Source of the DNA: an uncultured bacterium
Lineage (GTDB): Bacteria > Acidobacteriota > Aminicenantia > UBA2199
DNA length: 64,000 nt
Assembly (NCBI GenBank): GCA_965603365.1
Contig: CBFDCR010000008.1
Location: 24,531-88,530 of the forward strand
Reading direction: 5' to 3'
Shown: positions 1 to 9,638 of the stretch, one piece after another
Position numbering within the stretch: position 1 is the first letter of the stretch
How the letters are laid out: the number at the start of each line of letters is the position of its first letter
Notes under the pieces: generated by a model
Databases searched by the model: none
Told to the model about the DNA's origin: nothing
The model's input: the letters and a program-made list of their open reading frames with translations, nothing else
Translations under genes and position numbers: made by a program

Positions 1-1
1 A

Positions 2-958
2 GCCAGCGACATACGGGCCGTACACGAGCAGCACCGGTTGGTGAGAAAGCTCGAAGAACGGGCCTGTACGGACATAGGCGGCGTGGCTGTGATCGACGAT
101 ACCGAGTATCTCTACTTCATCTCGAAGTTAATTGCCGCTGCCAGGCAGAGAATCCGGATCATTATGTTCTTCATGAAGTTCGAGGATGAGGAGAAATATC
201 CCACCGAACCGATCTTTGCGGCGTTGAAGGCCGCCAAAGAGGGTGGTGTGGATATCAAGGTGATCCTTGACCGGGATGCCGAAGGGCAGGTATTCGGCTC
301 CCGGGTGATTAACGAGGAGGCATACAATTTCTTTAAGAAAAATGCCATCGACGTCACCTACGACTTCGACGAGGAGCTTACCCACACCAAACTGGTGCTG
401 GTAGACGATAAGCATCTGGTGGTGGGCAGTCATAACTGGACGGCCGGTTCTTTTTTTGCCTACGACGATAAAAGTGTCTATATCGAGTCCCCGGGGTTAG
501 CCGCAGAAGCAGGGCGGTATTTCGACCGGTTATGGACGGAGTATACCGCGGGATCAAAAGATAAATTCAAACGACTCAGGGATTTAGCCGGAATCGGTTT
601 CGGCCACACCCTGAGATTAAGGGGAGAAGGCATCCATTCCAGCCGGGATCTACTGCTTATAACCAAATTGCCGGCAGACAGAAAAGCCCTGAGCGAGAAG
701 ACAGGGATCGCCCAGGCGCTGATTCTGAAGTGGGCCAATATGGCCGATTTGATGCGTATCGAAGGGATCCATGAAGAACGGGCCTGCCTGCTGATGGAAG
801 AGATCGGGATCGGTACTGTTTCCCAATTGGCCCAACACGATCCCGAAGGCCTGCACGCCAGGATCGGTTCAATCCCCTTTGTGCCCAAGCCGCCGCTGCA
901 GAAGGTGAGCGGTTGGATCGAGCAGGCTAAGAATTTAGACAGCCTGCTCCAGCAATAA
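2..958 (+). CDS. Phospholipase D-family (single HKD, Nuc-like) protein with C-terminal DUF4332-like domain; 5'-partial
   Basis: HTKLVLVDD (HxK-x4-D) followed by GSHNWT. C-terminal DLAGIG...ADLMRIEGI...LAQ resembles DUF4332. The frame is open from base 2 (ASDIRAVHEQHRL), so the true start probably lies outside the window. Confidence 0.8.
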   Translation, partial: ASDIRAVHEQHRLVRKLEERACTDIGGVAVIDDTEYLYFISKLIAAARQRIRIIMFFMKFEDEEKYPTEPIFAALKAAKEGGVDIKVILDRDAEGQVFGSRVINEEAYNFFKKNAIDVTYDFDEELTHTKLVLVDDKHLVVGSHNWTAGSFFAYDDKSVYIESPGLAAEAGRYFDRLWTEYTAGSKDKFKRLRDLAGIGFGHTLRLRGEGIHSSRDLLLITKLPADRKALSEKTGIAQALILKWANMADLMRIEGIHEERACLLMEEIGIGTVSQLAQHDPEGLHARIGSIPFVPKPPLQKVSGWIEQAKNLDSLLQQ

Positions 959-974
959 TGGAGGAGGTGTAATC

Positions 975-1325
975 GTGTATGAATACGGAGCAGTATTGGA
1001 AAGGATCGTGGATGGCGACACCCTGGACCTCATCATAGACGTGGGTTTCAAGATGACCACCAACCAACGAATCAGGTTGGCAAACATCGACACTCCCGAG
1101 ACATTCCGCGTCAGCCGAACATCCGAAGAGTATAAGAGCGGCATCGAAGCCCGGCAGTACGTGGAAAAACGATTGGCGGATAATCAAAACAAGATGAGAA
1201 TCAAGACCTACAAGAACGTCGGCAAATACGGCCGGTACCTGGGTGAGATATGGCTGGCAGACAGCGAAATTTCCCTGAACGACGAACTTTTACAGAAAGG
1301 ATTTGCCAAAAAGTTCGAGGGTTGA
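975..1325 (+). CDS. Thermonuclease (staphylococcal nuclease-like) family protein
   Basis: IVDGDT, RIRLANIDTPE and GKYGRYLG motifs; GGAGGAGG SD before GTG; no signal peptide. Confidence 0.85.
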   Translation: MYEYGAVLERIVDGDTLDLIIDVGFKMTTNQRIRLANIDTPETFRVSRTSEEYKSGIEARQYVEKRLADNQNKMRIKTYKNVGKYGRYLGEIWLADSEISLNDELLQKGFAKKFEG

Positions 1326-1328
1326 TGT

Positions 1329-2945
1329 TTAATAGTGGGGGAAGAGGATGAGGCCGTTGGCTCTGAGGCTGCCGTTCAGGTAGTGCTCTTTGAGTTGGGG
1401 GTATTTGATTTTGCCGTTGGCGGTCAGGGGAATGGCGCGGGGCTTCAGCAGGTAGACCCGGCCCGGGGGAAACCCGAAGGTCTGTTTGAACTGCCCCACC
1501 ACTTCGATGGTGATATCCGTAAAGGTCTCCTCTTCTTGCAACCTGGATCGGTTCACATTCACCTCGATAAAGATATAGGCCTGCTCCCCTTCAGCCCCTC
1601 CCCGGTCGATGCCCACGGCCGCAGAGCGGCGGACAAAGGCTAAGGTGTCCACCCACTCCTCCACTTCCCGGGCGGCGATGTTGAATCCCCCCTGGATGAT
1701 GATGTTTTTTTTCCGCCCCACGATATAGTAATCGCCTTCGACATCCCGGTAGCCCAGGTCACCGGTGCGGATATATCCCCCTCCGGTAAACAGGGCTTTA
1801 GCGGCGGCGGGATTGTGGTAGTAACCCGCGGTGTTGGCCGTGCTCTTTACCCATATCTCGCCGACCTGGCCCGGTGCGGCCGCTCGATCACTGTTGTCCC
1901 CGCCGCCGATACGCATCCGGACATCCGGAAAGGGGCTGCCGACGGAGACACAGCCCCGGCGGTCCACCTTGATTTTTTTTCCCGGTTTGTGACTGCACAC
2001 CCCCACGGTGGCTTCGGCCAAACCGTAGGCCGGCAGCATGACATTTTGCAGTCGGAATCGTTCTTCGAAGCGGCGGATGGTGGTGGCCCGCACCGGTTCG
2101 GCGGCATTGAGGGCCACCCGCAGGCTCGACAGGTCGTAATGTTCCGGGTCCCGTATGTAGATCAGACACAAGCGGTAGGCAAAGTCCGGGGCAGCGGTAA
2201 AGGTGGCCCGCCGCTGACCGATGGTTTGCAGCCAGGTCTTCAGGTGGTTTAAACCGGTAGGCAGCACCGTTAGGTCGATGCCCAGGTAAAAGGGAACCAT
2301 GGTCATCAGGATGAGCCCCATGTCGTGGTATACCGGCAGCCAACTGACAAACACGTCTCTGCCGGTGATCTCCATACCGGTAATCATCTGCTCCAGGTTG
2401 GTGATTATATTGGCCTGGCTGATGACTACTCCCCGGGGACTGCCGGTACTGCCGGAGGTGAACTGGATCAACGCCGTATCCCGGGGGCGAATATCCGGCA
2501 AGGAGAGCCTGCTGTCCTGCCGCCCATCGGCGCTGACGGCATCTTCCACCACAAGGACCTTGCGGCCGCTCTCTGCTGCCTGCTGCTTTAACAATTGGAT
2601 TTTATCCTGGGGGAAGGTTCTGGAGATCATAATAACGGCGGCACCGCACAGATTGGCCAGCTTGATCGTGCGCTCCGGCCCCGAGCCGGGAAAAATCGGC
2701 ACGGCAATCCCACCGCCCCGCTGGACCCCGTAAAAGGCATAGAAAAACTGGGGGCTGTTGGCAATGGCCACGACGACCGGCTGTTGGTATTGCAGCCCCC
2801 CTCGGAGAAGGAAGCTGGCGCAGCGGTTGATCTGCCGCCACAGATGAGAGAAGGTGCAGGGCGGCTCGTTAAAAAAGGTAAAGGCGATTTTTTCCGGCAC
2901 CCGGGCGGTCCGGCTCTCGAGTATCTGGAGTAAAGACCTCATCAA
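1329..2945 (-). CDS. Fatty acyl-AMP ligase / AMP-binding adenylation enzyme
   Basis: QFTSGSTGSPRG, SWLPVYHDMGL, PAYGLAEAT, RTGDLG and GRKKNIII motifs; adjacent to an ACP gene. Confidence 0.85.
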   Translation of the reverse strand: MMRSLLQILESRTARVPEKIAFTFFNEPPCTFSHLWRQINRCASFLLRGGLQYQQPVVVAIANSPQFFYAFYGVQRGGGIAVPIFPGSGPERTIKLANLCGAAVIMISRTFPQDKIQLLKQQAAESGRKVLVVEDAVSADGRQDSRLSLPDIRPRDTALIQFTSGSTGSPRGVVISQANIITNLEQMITGMEITGRDVFVSWLPVYHDMGLILMTMVPFYLGIDLTVLPTGLNHLKTWLQTIGQRRATFTAAPDFAYRLCLIYIRDPEHYDLSSLRVALNAAEPVRATTIRRFEERFRLQNVMLPAYGLAEATVGVCSHKPGKKIKVDRRGCVSVGSPFPDVRMRIGGGDNSDRAAAPGQVGEIWVKSTANTAGYYHNPAAAKALFTGGGYIRTGDLGYRDVEGDYYIVGRKKNIIIQGGFNIAAREVEEWVDTLAFVRRSAAVGIDRGGAEGEQAYIFIEVNVNRSRLQEEETFTDITIEVVGQFKQTFGFPPGRVYLLKPRAIPLTANGKIKYPQLKEHYLNGSLRANGLILFPHY

Positions 2946-3169
2946 ACCAATCTCTGGATAAGGTCATGGAGCTCTCGGACGGTGCGAACCTGAGAGATTT
3001 CGGCCTCCTCAAAGGATATCCGGTATTTATCTTCCGCTGCGGCGATGATATTGACCAGGTCTGCCGATTCCGCGCCCAGGTCTTCCATAAAGCGGTCCTC
3101 GGCGGCAGCCCGACGCCGCCCCAGTTGCAGGCAGACCAATGTCTGGATCTCTTCGATTGTCACGGTCAT
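2942..3169 (-). CDS. Acyl carrier protein
   Basis: 75 aa, acidic; DLGAESADLV phosphopantetheine Ser motif; 4-bp overlap with the ligase gene. Confidence 0.85.
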   Translation of the reverse strand: MTVTIEEIQTLVCLQLGRRRAAAEDRFMEDLGAESADLVNIIAAAEDKYRISFEEAEISQVRTVRELHDLIQRLV

Positions 3170-3189
3170 TACGACGCCTCCGTTATTCG

Positions 3190-4458
3190 TTATTCTTCTA
3201 CTGCCGATTCCAGGATGGTGAAGATTTCGTCGGCAATGATTCCTGCCTGTTTGGCGTCCATATCGGAATCCAGGTAGAGGATATCCCAGCAGAGCCGGCC
3301 GTTAAATAACCTGACCTGGGCCGTATATTCGGGCCCCAGGACAAAGTTTGACACAAAGGCATGGATTTCCTGAACCTCTGTATTCCCGTAATTCCGTGCC
3401 AACGTGACCGGGCCGGTGAAACTCATGGCCGCGGCGGCCATGCGAAACGCCTTAAAGCGGAAGAGCATCCCCATCAACCGGGCGCTGAACAGATTGGCAC
3501 AAAATTTATCCCCCCTTTTAAGAGCGGCATACGTGGTATCGTTGACCTTTGCCGCCAGTTCCCAGACCGCCGGGTTCTCTTCCAGCCCCACGGTAAAGCG
3601 CATCATGGAGAAATAGCTGCCCAGGTGAAGGGCCTCTAAGGGGGGAGTCAAGTAGGGGCGGAGATCGGCCATGTGAATGTGGCGCAGGGGCAGGGGCAGG
3701 CCGTCGTAGAGATGGCGGTGCACCGCCATCAACATGGCGGCGGTCAACAGGCTGTTCAGGGTGACCCTCTTTTTCCGACAGCCCTTACCCAGGGCAGCGG
3801 TGGTCCCGCTTGCGAGTTTCAGGGGCAGGATTTTGCACTGTCCGCTGGGGTGAATGGGCGCTTTCCGCCGTCCCCTTGTACCCAGTTGGTAACGAAATTC
3901 GTCTCCCAGTTGACGCCGGAAGAAAGAGAGGGATTTCCACTTCCGCCGCAGCCCCTTGAAGGCTGGGGGAAAGAGGTCCTGTACCGGAGGCAGCAGGGGC
4001 AGCGGTTCTACCTCCCGGCAGAGGGAGAGGATTTCCGGCAAGAGGCTGGCGGCCGAGGCGGCATCCATGATGGCGTGTTGAAAGGAGAGGATGAGCTCGC
4101 TCTCTTCTTTACTGTCGGGGCCGGTAAGGTAAAAACAGCGAACCAGCGGGCCTGTGGAAACATCGAATTTACGGTTGAGTTCCTCTTCTACCACCTGCTG
4201 CCAGTGGCGGCTGCTCAAACGCGCCACCTCTTTGAGCGGTATTTCCGAAATACCATCGGAAACAAAGAAATAACGGCCCTTTTCCCGCCGGATATGAACC
4301 GTCAACAGGGGGTGACGGCGCTGCAGGGCCGAGAAAGTCGCTCTCAACATTTGGGCCGAGGGGCCGTTTTTCAACCGCAGGACGATGACCGCATTGAAGG
4401 GGAAATACTCATTGGTAGAGGCCTGGGCCGTTTCCATATTTCCCAATTGCCGTCTCAT
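3190..4458 (-). CDS. Condensation-domain / PapA5- or alcohol-acyltransferase-like protein
   Basis: RRHPLL, FDVSTGPLVR and QHAIMDAAS (HxxxD catalytic motif); located in the FAAL-ACP operon. Confidence 0.7.
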   Translation of the reverse strand: MRRQLGNMETAQASTNEYFPFNAVIVLRLKNGPSAQMLRATFSALQRRHPLLTVHIRREKGRYFFVSDGISEIPLKEVARLSSRHWQQVVEEELNRKFDVSTGPLVRCFYLTGPDSKEESELILSFQHAIMDAASAASLLPEILSLCREVEPLPLLPPVQDLFPPAFKGLRRKWKSLSFFRRQLGDEFRYQLGTRGRRKAPIHPSGQCKILPLKLASGTTAALGKGCRKKRVTLNSLLTAAMLMAVHRHLYDGLPLPLRHIHMADLRPYLTPPLEALHLGSYFSMMRFTVGLEENPAVWELAAKVNDTTYAALKRGDKFCANLFSARLMGMLFRFKAFRMAAAAMSFTGPVTLARNYGNTEVQEIHAFVSNFVLGPEYTAQVRLFNGRLCWDILYLDSDMDAKQAGIIADEIFTILESAVEE

Positions 4459-4504
4459 TTTCAGTTTACCGATTTTCCACCCCCTTTTTTGGTCCTTTAA
4501 TATT

Positions 4505-6352
4505 CTAGGCTTCTGCCAGTTGTCTGAGTTGTTCTTTCAGTCTTTTGACGGCGTCCTGGCTTAAGGAGCGATTCCCGTGATTAAGGATCAGGATAAAATA
4601 GCTCCGTTGATCCCACTCGATTTTGGTAAAATAGATATTAAAATCTTTTAATTGGCCGATCACCTGACTCAAGACCTTTTTTTGTCCGGTAATGGAGATG
4701 ATCACGATAGACCGGCTCAACTCCTTTTGATTCTTAAACTTGAAAATCACCTTTCCTGCCGTGGCACCTTTTGATTTTTCCACCACTCTGGCACATAAAC
4801 GAATCACCTCGTAGAGGACCTCAAAGGGGGTCTCAATCCGGTAGAGTTCGTCAAAATTGAAAAAGATGTCCCGCACCAGAGACATGTTAACGGAGCTCAA
4901 TTTTTCTAACAATTCACTCAAGAGCCGGAAATCGATTTCCCGAAAACCCTGGTCAAAATCCCGGATTTCGCCGTATACCTCCCGGATGATTCTTTTAAGA
5001 CCGTTAAATATATCCTTGATGGAAGAAAAATCCGATAAATTAACATTCAATTTCAGGATATCGATTTCGATGTTGTCGGTATAAAACTTGGGGGGGATGG
5101 AGGAATTGATCTCAATTCCCTGCAGCTCCTCCAGGCGGGCAATCAGGCGGTGAATTCGTTTTCCCCCCTGTTTATAGCTGACTACCACCAGTTTGATGTC
5201 AATGGAAAAATCGGTCCGTTTGTCGGCATTGATGAAAACCTGTGTCAGGTTTGTCTGCTTGAGCTCCAGTTTCAAGAAGGGAATGATGGCCCGGGCATAG
5301 TGTTCGAAGCCGCCGATGGCCTTGATAGGCAAAAACTTTTTACTGGTGGAGGTGACGATCAATTTTCGCAGCGTCTTTTCGATCCTGTGGATCACCTGCT
5401 GTTTCAGGGGTTCTCCATAACGGTCGACAATTTCGATCCGGTATACCAATATCCCTATGGGATTCACGAAACTTTTATGATGCTTGATGATATGACCGGG
5501 GACAATATAGTCCAATGTCTTTAAGAAGTCTTCAACGGAAAACAATTCCTCCTTGCAGACAAAGGTAATGCCGGTGAGTTTTTCATACTTTGTGGTGAGG
5601 TTGCCGATCTTGATCACCTCCGGGGTCCTACCGTTTTTAACCGTTTGCTGAAAGCGATAGTTGTCGATGATCAAATGGGCCAGGTCCTTAATGCGTCTCT
5701 CTTCCAGATATTCCCGGGAGCGGGAGGAGACAAACTTCAATGCCTCCCCGTCTTCACCGATAATTCTAACGAGTTCGGGACCATCACAGATCGCCTTAAT
5801 TTGTTTTACAATGTCGTTGTAGATCTCAAATTTGATGGTTTCATCTTCCAGCAGCAGATACTTGCTGCGGGTGCCGATGGCGGCATCTTTTATCTTCTTC
5901 ACCAGCTCCTTTTTCTCTCCCAAAAATTCATCGTATTCCTGCCGGCTGCTGATTTTAAAACACAGAATCATCAAGCCGATGGTTCGATCTTTGTGTTCTA
6001 CGGTAAATCCCTTTATGAACAATACATTTCGGGAGCGGTGGTGGACGATACCTAAAATGGAATTGGACATCCCGGGCCAATCTTCGGCTAAGGCTCCCAG
6101 CACAATAGTGATCGGAATCTTTTCTTTATTTCCCAGTTCCTCCAGTACAATGACCTCTTTTTTCCTGGAGTTTTCATAAATGTTGAGCAGTTGAACCAAC
6201 AATGCCCGCTGTTGAAGCAGGGGAAAAATCTGCTGCGATTTGATAATTTTATTTAAGCTGGAATCGATCTGCCTCTCGGATATCCTTAATTGCTTGGCCC
6301 TTAAGATTTTATTTAATGACTTAAGCTGTTCGCTTTTCCAGATTTCATCCAT
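4505..6352 (-). CDS. Hypothetical cytoplasmic protein with probable ACT-like domain(s)
   Basis: 615-aa ORF. LAEDWPGMSNSILGIVHHRSRNVLFIKG resembles an ACT ligand-binding loop. No catalytic motif recognised. Confidence 0.55.
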   Translation of the reverse strand: MDEIWKSEQLKSLNKILRAKQLRISERQIDSSLNKIIKSQQIFPLLQQRALLVQLLNIYENSRKKEVIVLEELGNKEKIPITIVLGALAEDWPGMSNSILGIVHHRSRNVLFIKGFTVEHKDRTIGLMILCFKISSRQEYDEFLGEKKELVKKIKDAAIGTRSKYLLLEDETIKFEIYNDIVKQIKAICDGPELVRIIGEDGEALKFVSSRSREYLEERRIKDLAHLIIDNYRFQQTVKNGRTPEVIKIGNLTTKYEKLTGITFVCKEELFSVEDFLKTLDYIVPGHIIKHHKSFVNPIGILVYRIEIVDRYGEPLKQQVIHRIEKTLRKLIVTSTSKKFLPIKAIGGFEHYARAIIPFLKLELKQTNLTQVFINADKRTDFSIDIKLVVVSYKQGGKRIHRLIARLEELQGIEINSSIPPKFYTDNIEIDILKLNVNLSDFSSIKDIFNGLKRIIREVYGEIRDFDQGFREIDFRLLSELLEKLSSVNMSLVRDIFFNFDELYRIETPFEVLYEVIRLCARVVEKSKGATAGKVIFKFKNQKELSRSIVIISITGQKKVLSQVIGQLKDFNIYFTKIEWDQRSYFILILNHGNRSLSQDAVKRLKEQLRQLAEA

Positions 6353-6544
6353 GCATGTTATTTTATATGAATATCAATGTAAAAGCAAATAAACAGAAGT
6401 CAAAAATTGTTACCATCGCCGATAAAAAACATTAAAATCGTGGGAAAATCGGGACGCTTTGTGGATCTTATTCTTCAGGATTTGCTAAAAATCGGAGAAA
6501 AATAACAAAGTTTTAATAAAAATGCTTAAAATGCAGATTATGAC

Positions 6545-6573
6545 TTGACTTTTAAACTTTTATATCTTAAAAT
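6545..6573 (+). promoter_or_regulatory. Sigma70-type promoter of the HU gene
   Basis: TTGACT (6545-6550), 17-bp spacer, TAAAAT (6568-6573), then GGAGG SD and ATG at 6592. Confidence 0.7.
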
Positions 6574-6591
6574 CTTTGCAGGGAGGAAATA

Positions 6592-6864
6592 ATGAACAAA
6601 ACGGAATTAGTCAAAGCAATTGCTGACAAGGCGAACTTGAAGGTCATTGATACCGAAAAGATGGTAAATGCCTTCATCGACATTGTATCTGACGAGTTAT
6701 CCAACAAAGGTAAAGTCACCCTGGTGGGTTTTGGCACTTTTGCCGTTTCCCACAGAAAACAGAGAACCGGTGTTAATCCCAAAACCGGTGCAAAACTTAC
6801 TATCAATGCTAAAGATGTACCGGTATTCAAACCGGGGAAGGCATTGAAAGACAGCGTTAAGTAG
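6592..6864 (+). CDS. hup: DNA-binding protein HU
   Basis: MNKTELVKAIA...VTLVGFGTF...RTGVNPKTG...PVFKPGKALKD is the classic HU signature. Confidence 0.95.
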   Translation: MNKTELVKAIADKANLKVIDTEKMVNAFIDIVSDELSNKGKVTLVGFGTFAVSHRKQRTGVNPKTGAKLTINAKDVPVFKPGKALKDSVK

Positions 6865-7069
6865 GCGTAATAACGCAACCAAATTTATTTACGGGTGGGT
6901 GGTAGGGATAAAAAAGGGGAGTCAGCCGGAAATTTTGCAGTTCCTTGAGTTCAACCGTCTCTTTTTTTCTCCCTTGCGCCAATGTCGGCATCAGGTCTCC
7001 ACCTGAATTGTTCAGGTTTCAATATGAAATGTTGAGGTTTCAAAAGGAGTGACGGTTTTGCCTGACCTT

Positions 7070-9157
7070 TTAGAAGACTTCGACTTCGGCCGACGAGGAA
7101 GCGAGCTCGACCTGCTTGCGGTCCTTTGTATAGGCACTCACATTATTGATATTAATTTTATATTCCCCTTTTTCGAAAAACTTAATCTTCAACTGTGCCA
7201 ATACCGCACTCTTACCCGAAGCGTCGGTAAACGAATAGCCCAGATCAAAGGAATCCGCGGAGACATTTTGTAAAACCCTCACCTTGTCTTTGCCCATAAA
7301 ATCGGTCTTGGCTTCCTCGATGGACGCTTTCCCGCCGCTGATCGACCCGCCTATAGATATTGTAGAAAGCGGCTCAGACGAGTTGAGCCGGATGGAAAAG
7401 ATAGAATCCCGGCCTGCCGCCACCCGGCGGCGGGATGGGGAGATGGAGACCGTGGCTTTGGACTCTCTTCGACTCTCCCTTTCGTCCCCGGAGGGGGCAA
7501 CAATCGGCTGACTGCCGTGATTGCCCTGTTCTGAATTGGTCCATATGGTGGCAATATCCAATGGTTTCATCTCCATCGTGCGAATGATCCGGGGGGTAAT
7601 GGCAAAAATGAGATCTGTCTGGGTGATGGTTTTTTGGGAACGGCCGAATAGTTTTCCCAGGATGGGTATTTTGGCCAGTGCCGGCAGACCGTCCAATGTG
7701 TCCCGTTCTTCATCCTTGATAAAACCGCCGACAATATTGGTCTCTCCCTCTTTCAGGCGGATAACATTCTCCATTTCCCTCTTACCGAATGTCGGGAATT
7801 CCCCCACATAACCGGCTATAAAGTTAACCGTCATCTTGGTCTTAAGGGTGATTTCGTTGTTGGCATGGATAAAAGGGGTGACCTTGATCTCCACGCCCAC
7901 ATTCTTGTATTGATAGGTGGTAACAGGGGTATTGTTGATGCCGCCGGCGGCAATGGACTGGAATTGGGTCTGGGGGATGGGGACTTCATCACCCACCATA
8001 AACTTGATTTCTTCATCATTGACGCCCCTGAGGTTGGGTTTGGAAATAATCCGGCTGTTGTCGTCGGTGGCCAGGAAATTGAGTGCCGCTGACGGCAGGG
8101 TGAGGTAAAAACTGACATCGTTCAACTCATCCATTCTAACGGTCGTATTGACCTGGCTGTCTGCTCCACCGGCACCGGCGGAGAGCGAGAAAAGGGTACT
8201 GCCGAAACTGGTACCGATTTTACTCAACAAATTGCGGTTGACCTCGATCATTTCGATATTGACTTCCACCTCGCCTTTCCGCTTGTCGATCTTGTAAATA
8301 AACTCCTCGATACCCTTGAGAGTATCGTCGCCGGCCTTCACGATCAGGGCGTTGAGACCTTTATCCTCCTGCACCATGATCTGCTCTTCCCGAAAGACCG
8401 TCATCACCAACTTTTTGGCGTCTTCCGCCTTAACGTTGGATAGATAAAAGACTTTGATACCCCTTAAGGCAAAGGTTCGATTTTTAAAGGTGGTATTGGG
8501 GAAAATAAGAATAGACGCACTGTCCATGACCCTATTTTTTGTATTAGAGACCATACACAATTGGTTTAATATGTCGTAAAAGCCAATATTATCGATCTCA
8601 ATAGTATAGACAAAATCCCTGAAATCTTTATCAAAGATAAAATTGACCTTGTAGGATTTGCCCAACATGTTGAAAATTTTGGTGATGGGTACACTCCGTA
8701 ATTTTAACGAAATTTTTTCACTGGTATCGACTGCTAACGAGACCGGAGGTATGATGGTCGATCTAAAAAATCTCGGTGCCTCCTCTCCGGCGATACCCAT
8801 GAATTTGTTAAGCTCCTCTTCAAGCCGTTTATTATCGGGAAAAATGGAGAGGGCGATTTTATACTCTTTAATGGCTTCATCCTTTTTGTCCATCGCCTTT
8901 AGTTTACGGGCAATTGCCAGGTGGTGATAGTAACTGTTTAACCGGGCCTGGAAGAGAAAAGTGCGAAATTCCATATTTTCGGGATGCTTCTGCACCATAT
9001 CTTGAAAGTACTTAAAGGCCCCGTCATAATTCCCCGCCCTGTAAAGCTCCAGGCCCTGCCGCATCAGCGTCGATCTCGTGGCACAACTGCCGAATAACAG
9101 CAACACCGTTGCGGCGGCAATCGTTACCAGGCCAAAAGTGTATGTTCTACTTCTCAT
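7070..9157 (-). CDS. Secretin (GspD/PilQ family) lipoprotein with N-terminal TPR and C-terminal cohesin-like domain
   Basis: Lipobox LFGSC; TPR-like N-terminus; secretin core (ISKPNLRG, YKNVGVEIKVTP, GLPALAKIPILGKLF). Confidence 0.9.
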   Translation of the reverse strand: MRSRTYTFGLVTIAAATVLLLFGSCATRSTLMRQGLELYRAGNYDGAFKYFQDMVQKHPENMEFRTFLFQARLNSYYHHLAIARKLKAMDKKDEAIKEYKIALSIFPDNKRLEEELNKFMGIAGEEAPRFFRSTIIPPVSLAVDTSEKISLKLRSVPITKIFNMLGKSYKVNFIFDKDFRDFVYTIEIDNIGFYDILNQLCMVSNTKNRVMDSASILIFPNTTFKNRTFALRGIKVFYLSNVKAEDAKKLVMTVFREEQIMVQEDKGLNALIVKAGDDTLKGIEEFIYKIDKRKGEVEVNIEMIEVNRNLLSKIGTSFGSTLFSLSAGAGGADSQVNTTVRMDELNDVSFYLTLPSAALNFLATDDNSRIISKPNLRGVNDEEIKFMVGDEVPIPQTQFQSIAAGGINNTPVTTYQYKNVGVEIKVTPFIHANNEITLKTKMTVNFIAGYVGEFPTFGKREMENVIRLKEGETNIVGGFIKDEERDTLDGLPALAKIPILGKLFGRSQKTITQTDLIFAITPRIIRTMEMKPLDIATIWTNSEQGNHGSQPIVAPSGDERESRRESKATVSISPSRRRVAAGRDSIFSIRLNSSEPLSTISIGGSISGGKASIEEAKTDFMGKDKVRVLQNVSADSFDLGYSFTDASGKSAVLAQLKIKFFEKGEYKININNVSAYTKDRKQVELASSSAEVEVF

Positions 9158-9638
9158 TTTCGTCTCCCTTCAACAAAATTTCAATGACCATAGACTCCGC
9201 TTCTACCTTAATTCCCTCTCTTCCCACCTCGACAACCTTCATTTTTTCCGTCACCATGTCTCCCTCACCCACTACAAAATATTCACCGTTGATATTCAGG
9301 AGGGCATGGCTTCTGGAATTCTTGATGATGTAGCCCTCAAACAATACGCTCTGCCGGATCTCTTCGGCTAAGTCCGCCTCGGCCTCTTCCTCCTCTTTCG
9401 GCGGGGGCGGCGGCGGGGCAAATTGCCGGGCTGCCTCTTTAGCCCCCGCTACCGGATTAAGGGGCACGGGAGAAAAAATATCCCTTTTATAGGAAAAATC
9501 TTCCACATCCTTTTTTAACAGGGAAACTTTGATGATTTCCCCATAGGCAGCGGTCACCCCTAACAGGGACAGAAAGAAGAAAAACGTGATTGAGGTTAAA
9601 AAAATGTGTTTAGCGGACAAAATAGGCCTCCATGGCAA
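9147..9638 (-). CDS. Secretion/pilus accessory protein (PilP/GspC-like position)
   Basis: N-terminal hydrophobic helix, Pro-rich linker, beta-rich C-terminus (ALLNINGEYFVVGEGD). The start may be TTG at 9620 after GGAGG. Confidence 0.55.
   Translation of the reverse strand: MPWRPILSAKHIFLTSITFFFFLSLLGVTAAYGEIIKVSLLKKDVEDFSYKRDIFSPVPLNPVAGAKEAARQFAPPPPPPKEEEEAEADLAEEIRQSVLFEGYIIKNSRSHALLNINGEYFVVGEGDMVTEKMKVVEVGREGIKVEAESMVIEILLKGDENEK

Noticed and set aside
975-1325. Prophage marker
   Set aside because: The SNase family occurs in phages, but no structural, integrase or replication genes are present.
6905-6975. Rho-independent terminator between hup and the secretin gene
   Set aside because: A-run and T-run are present, but no clean short stem could be paired.
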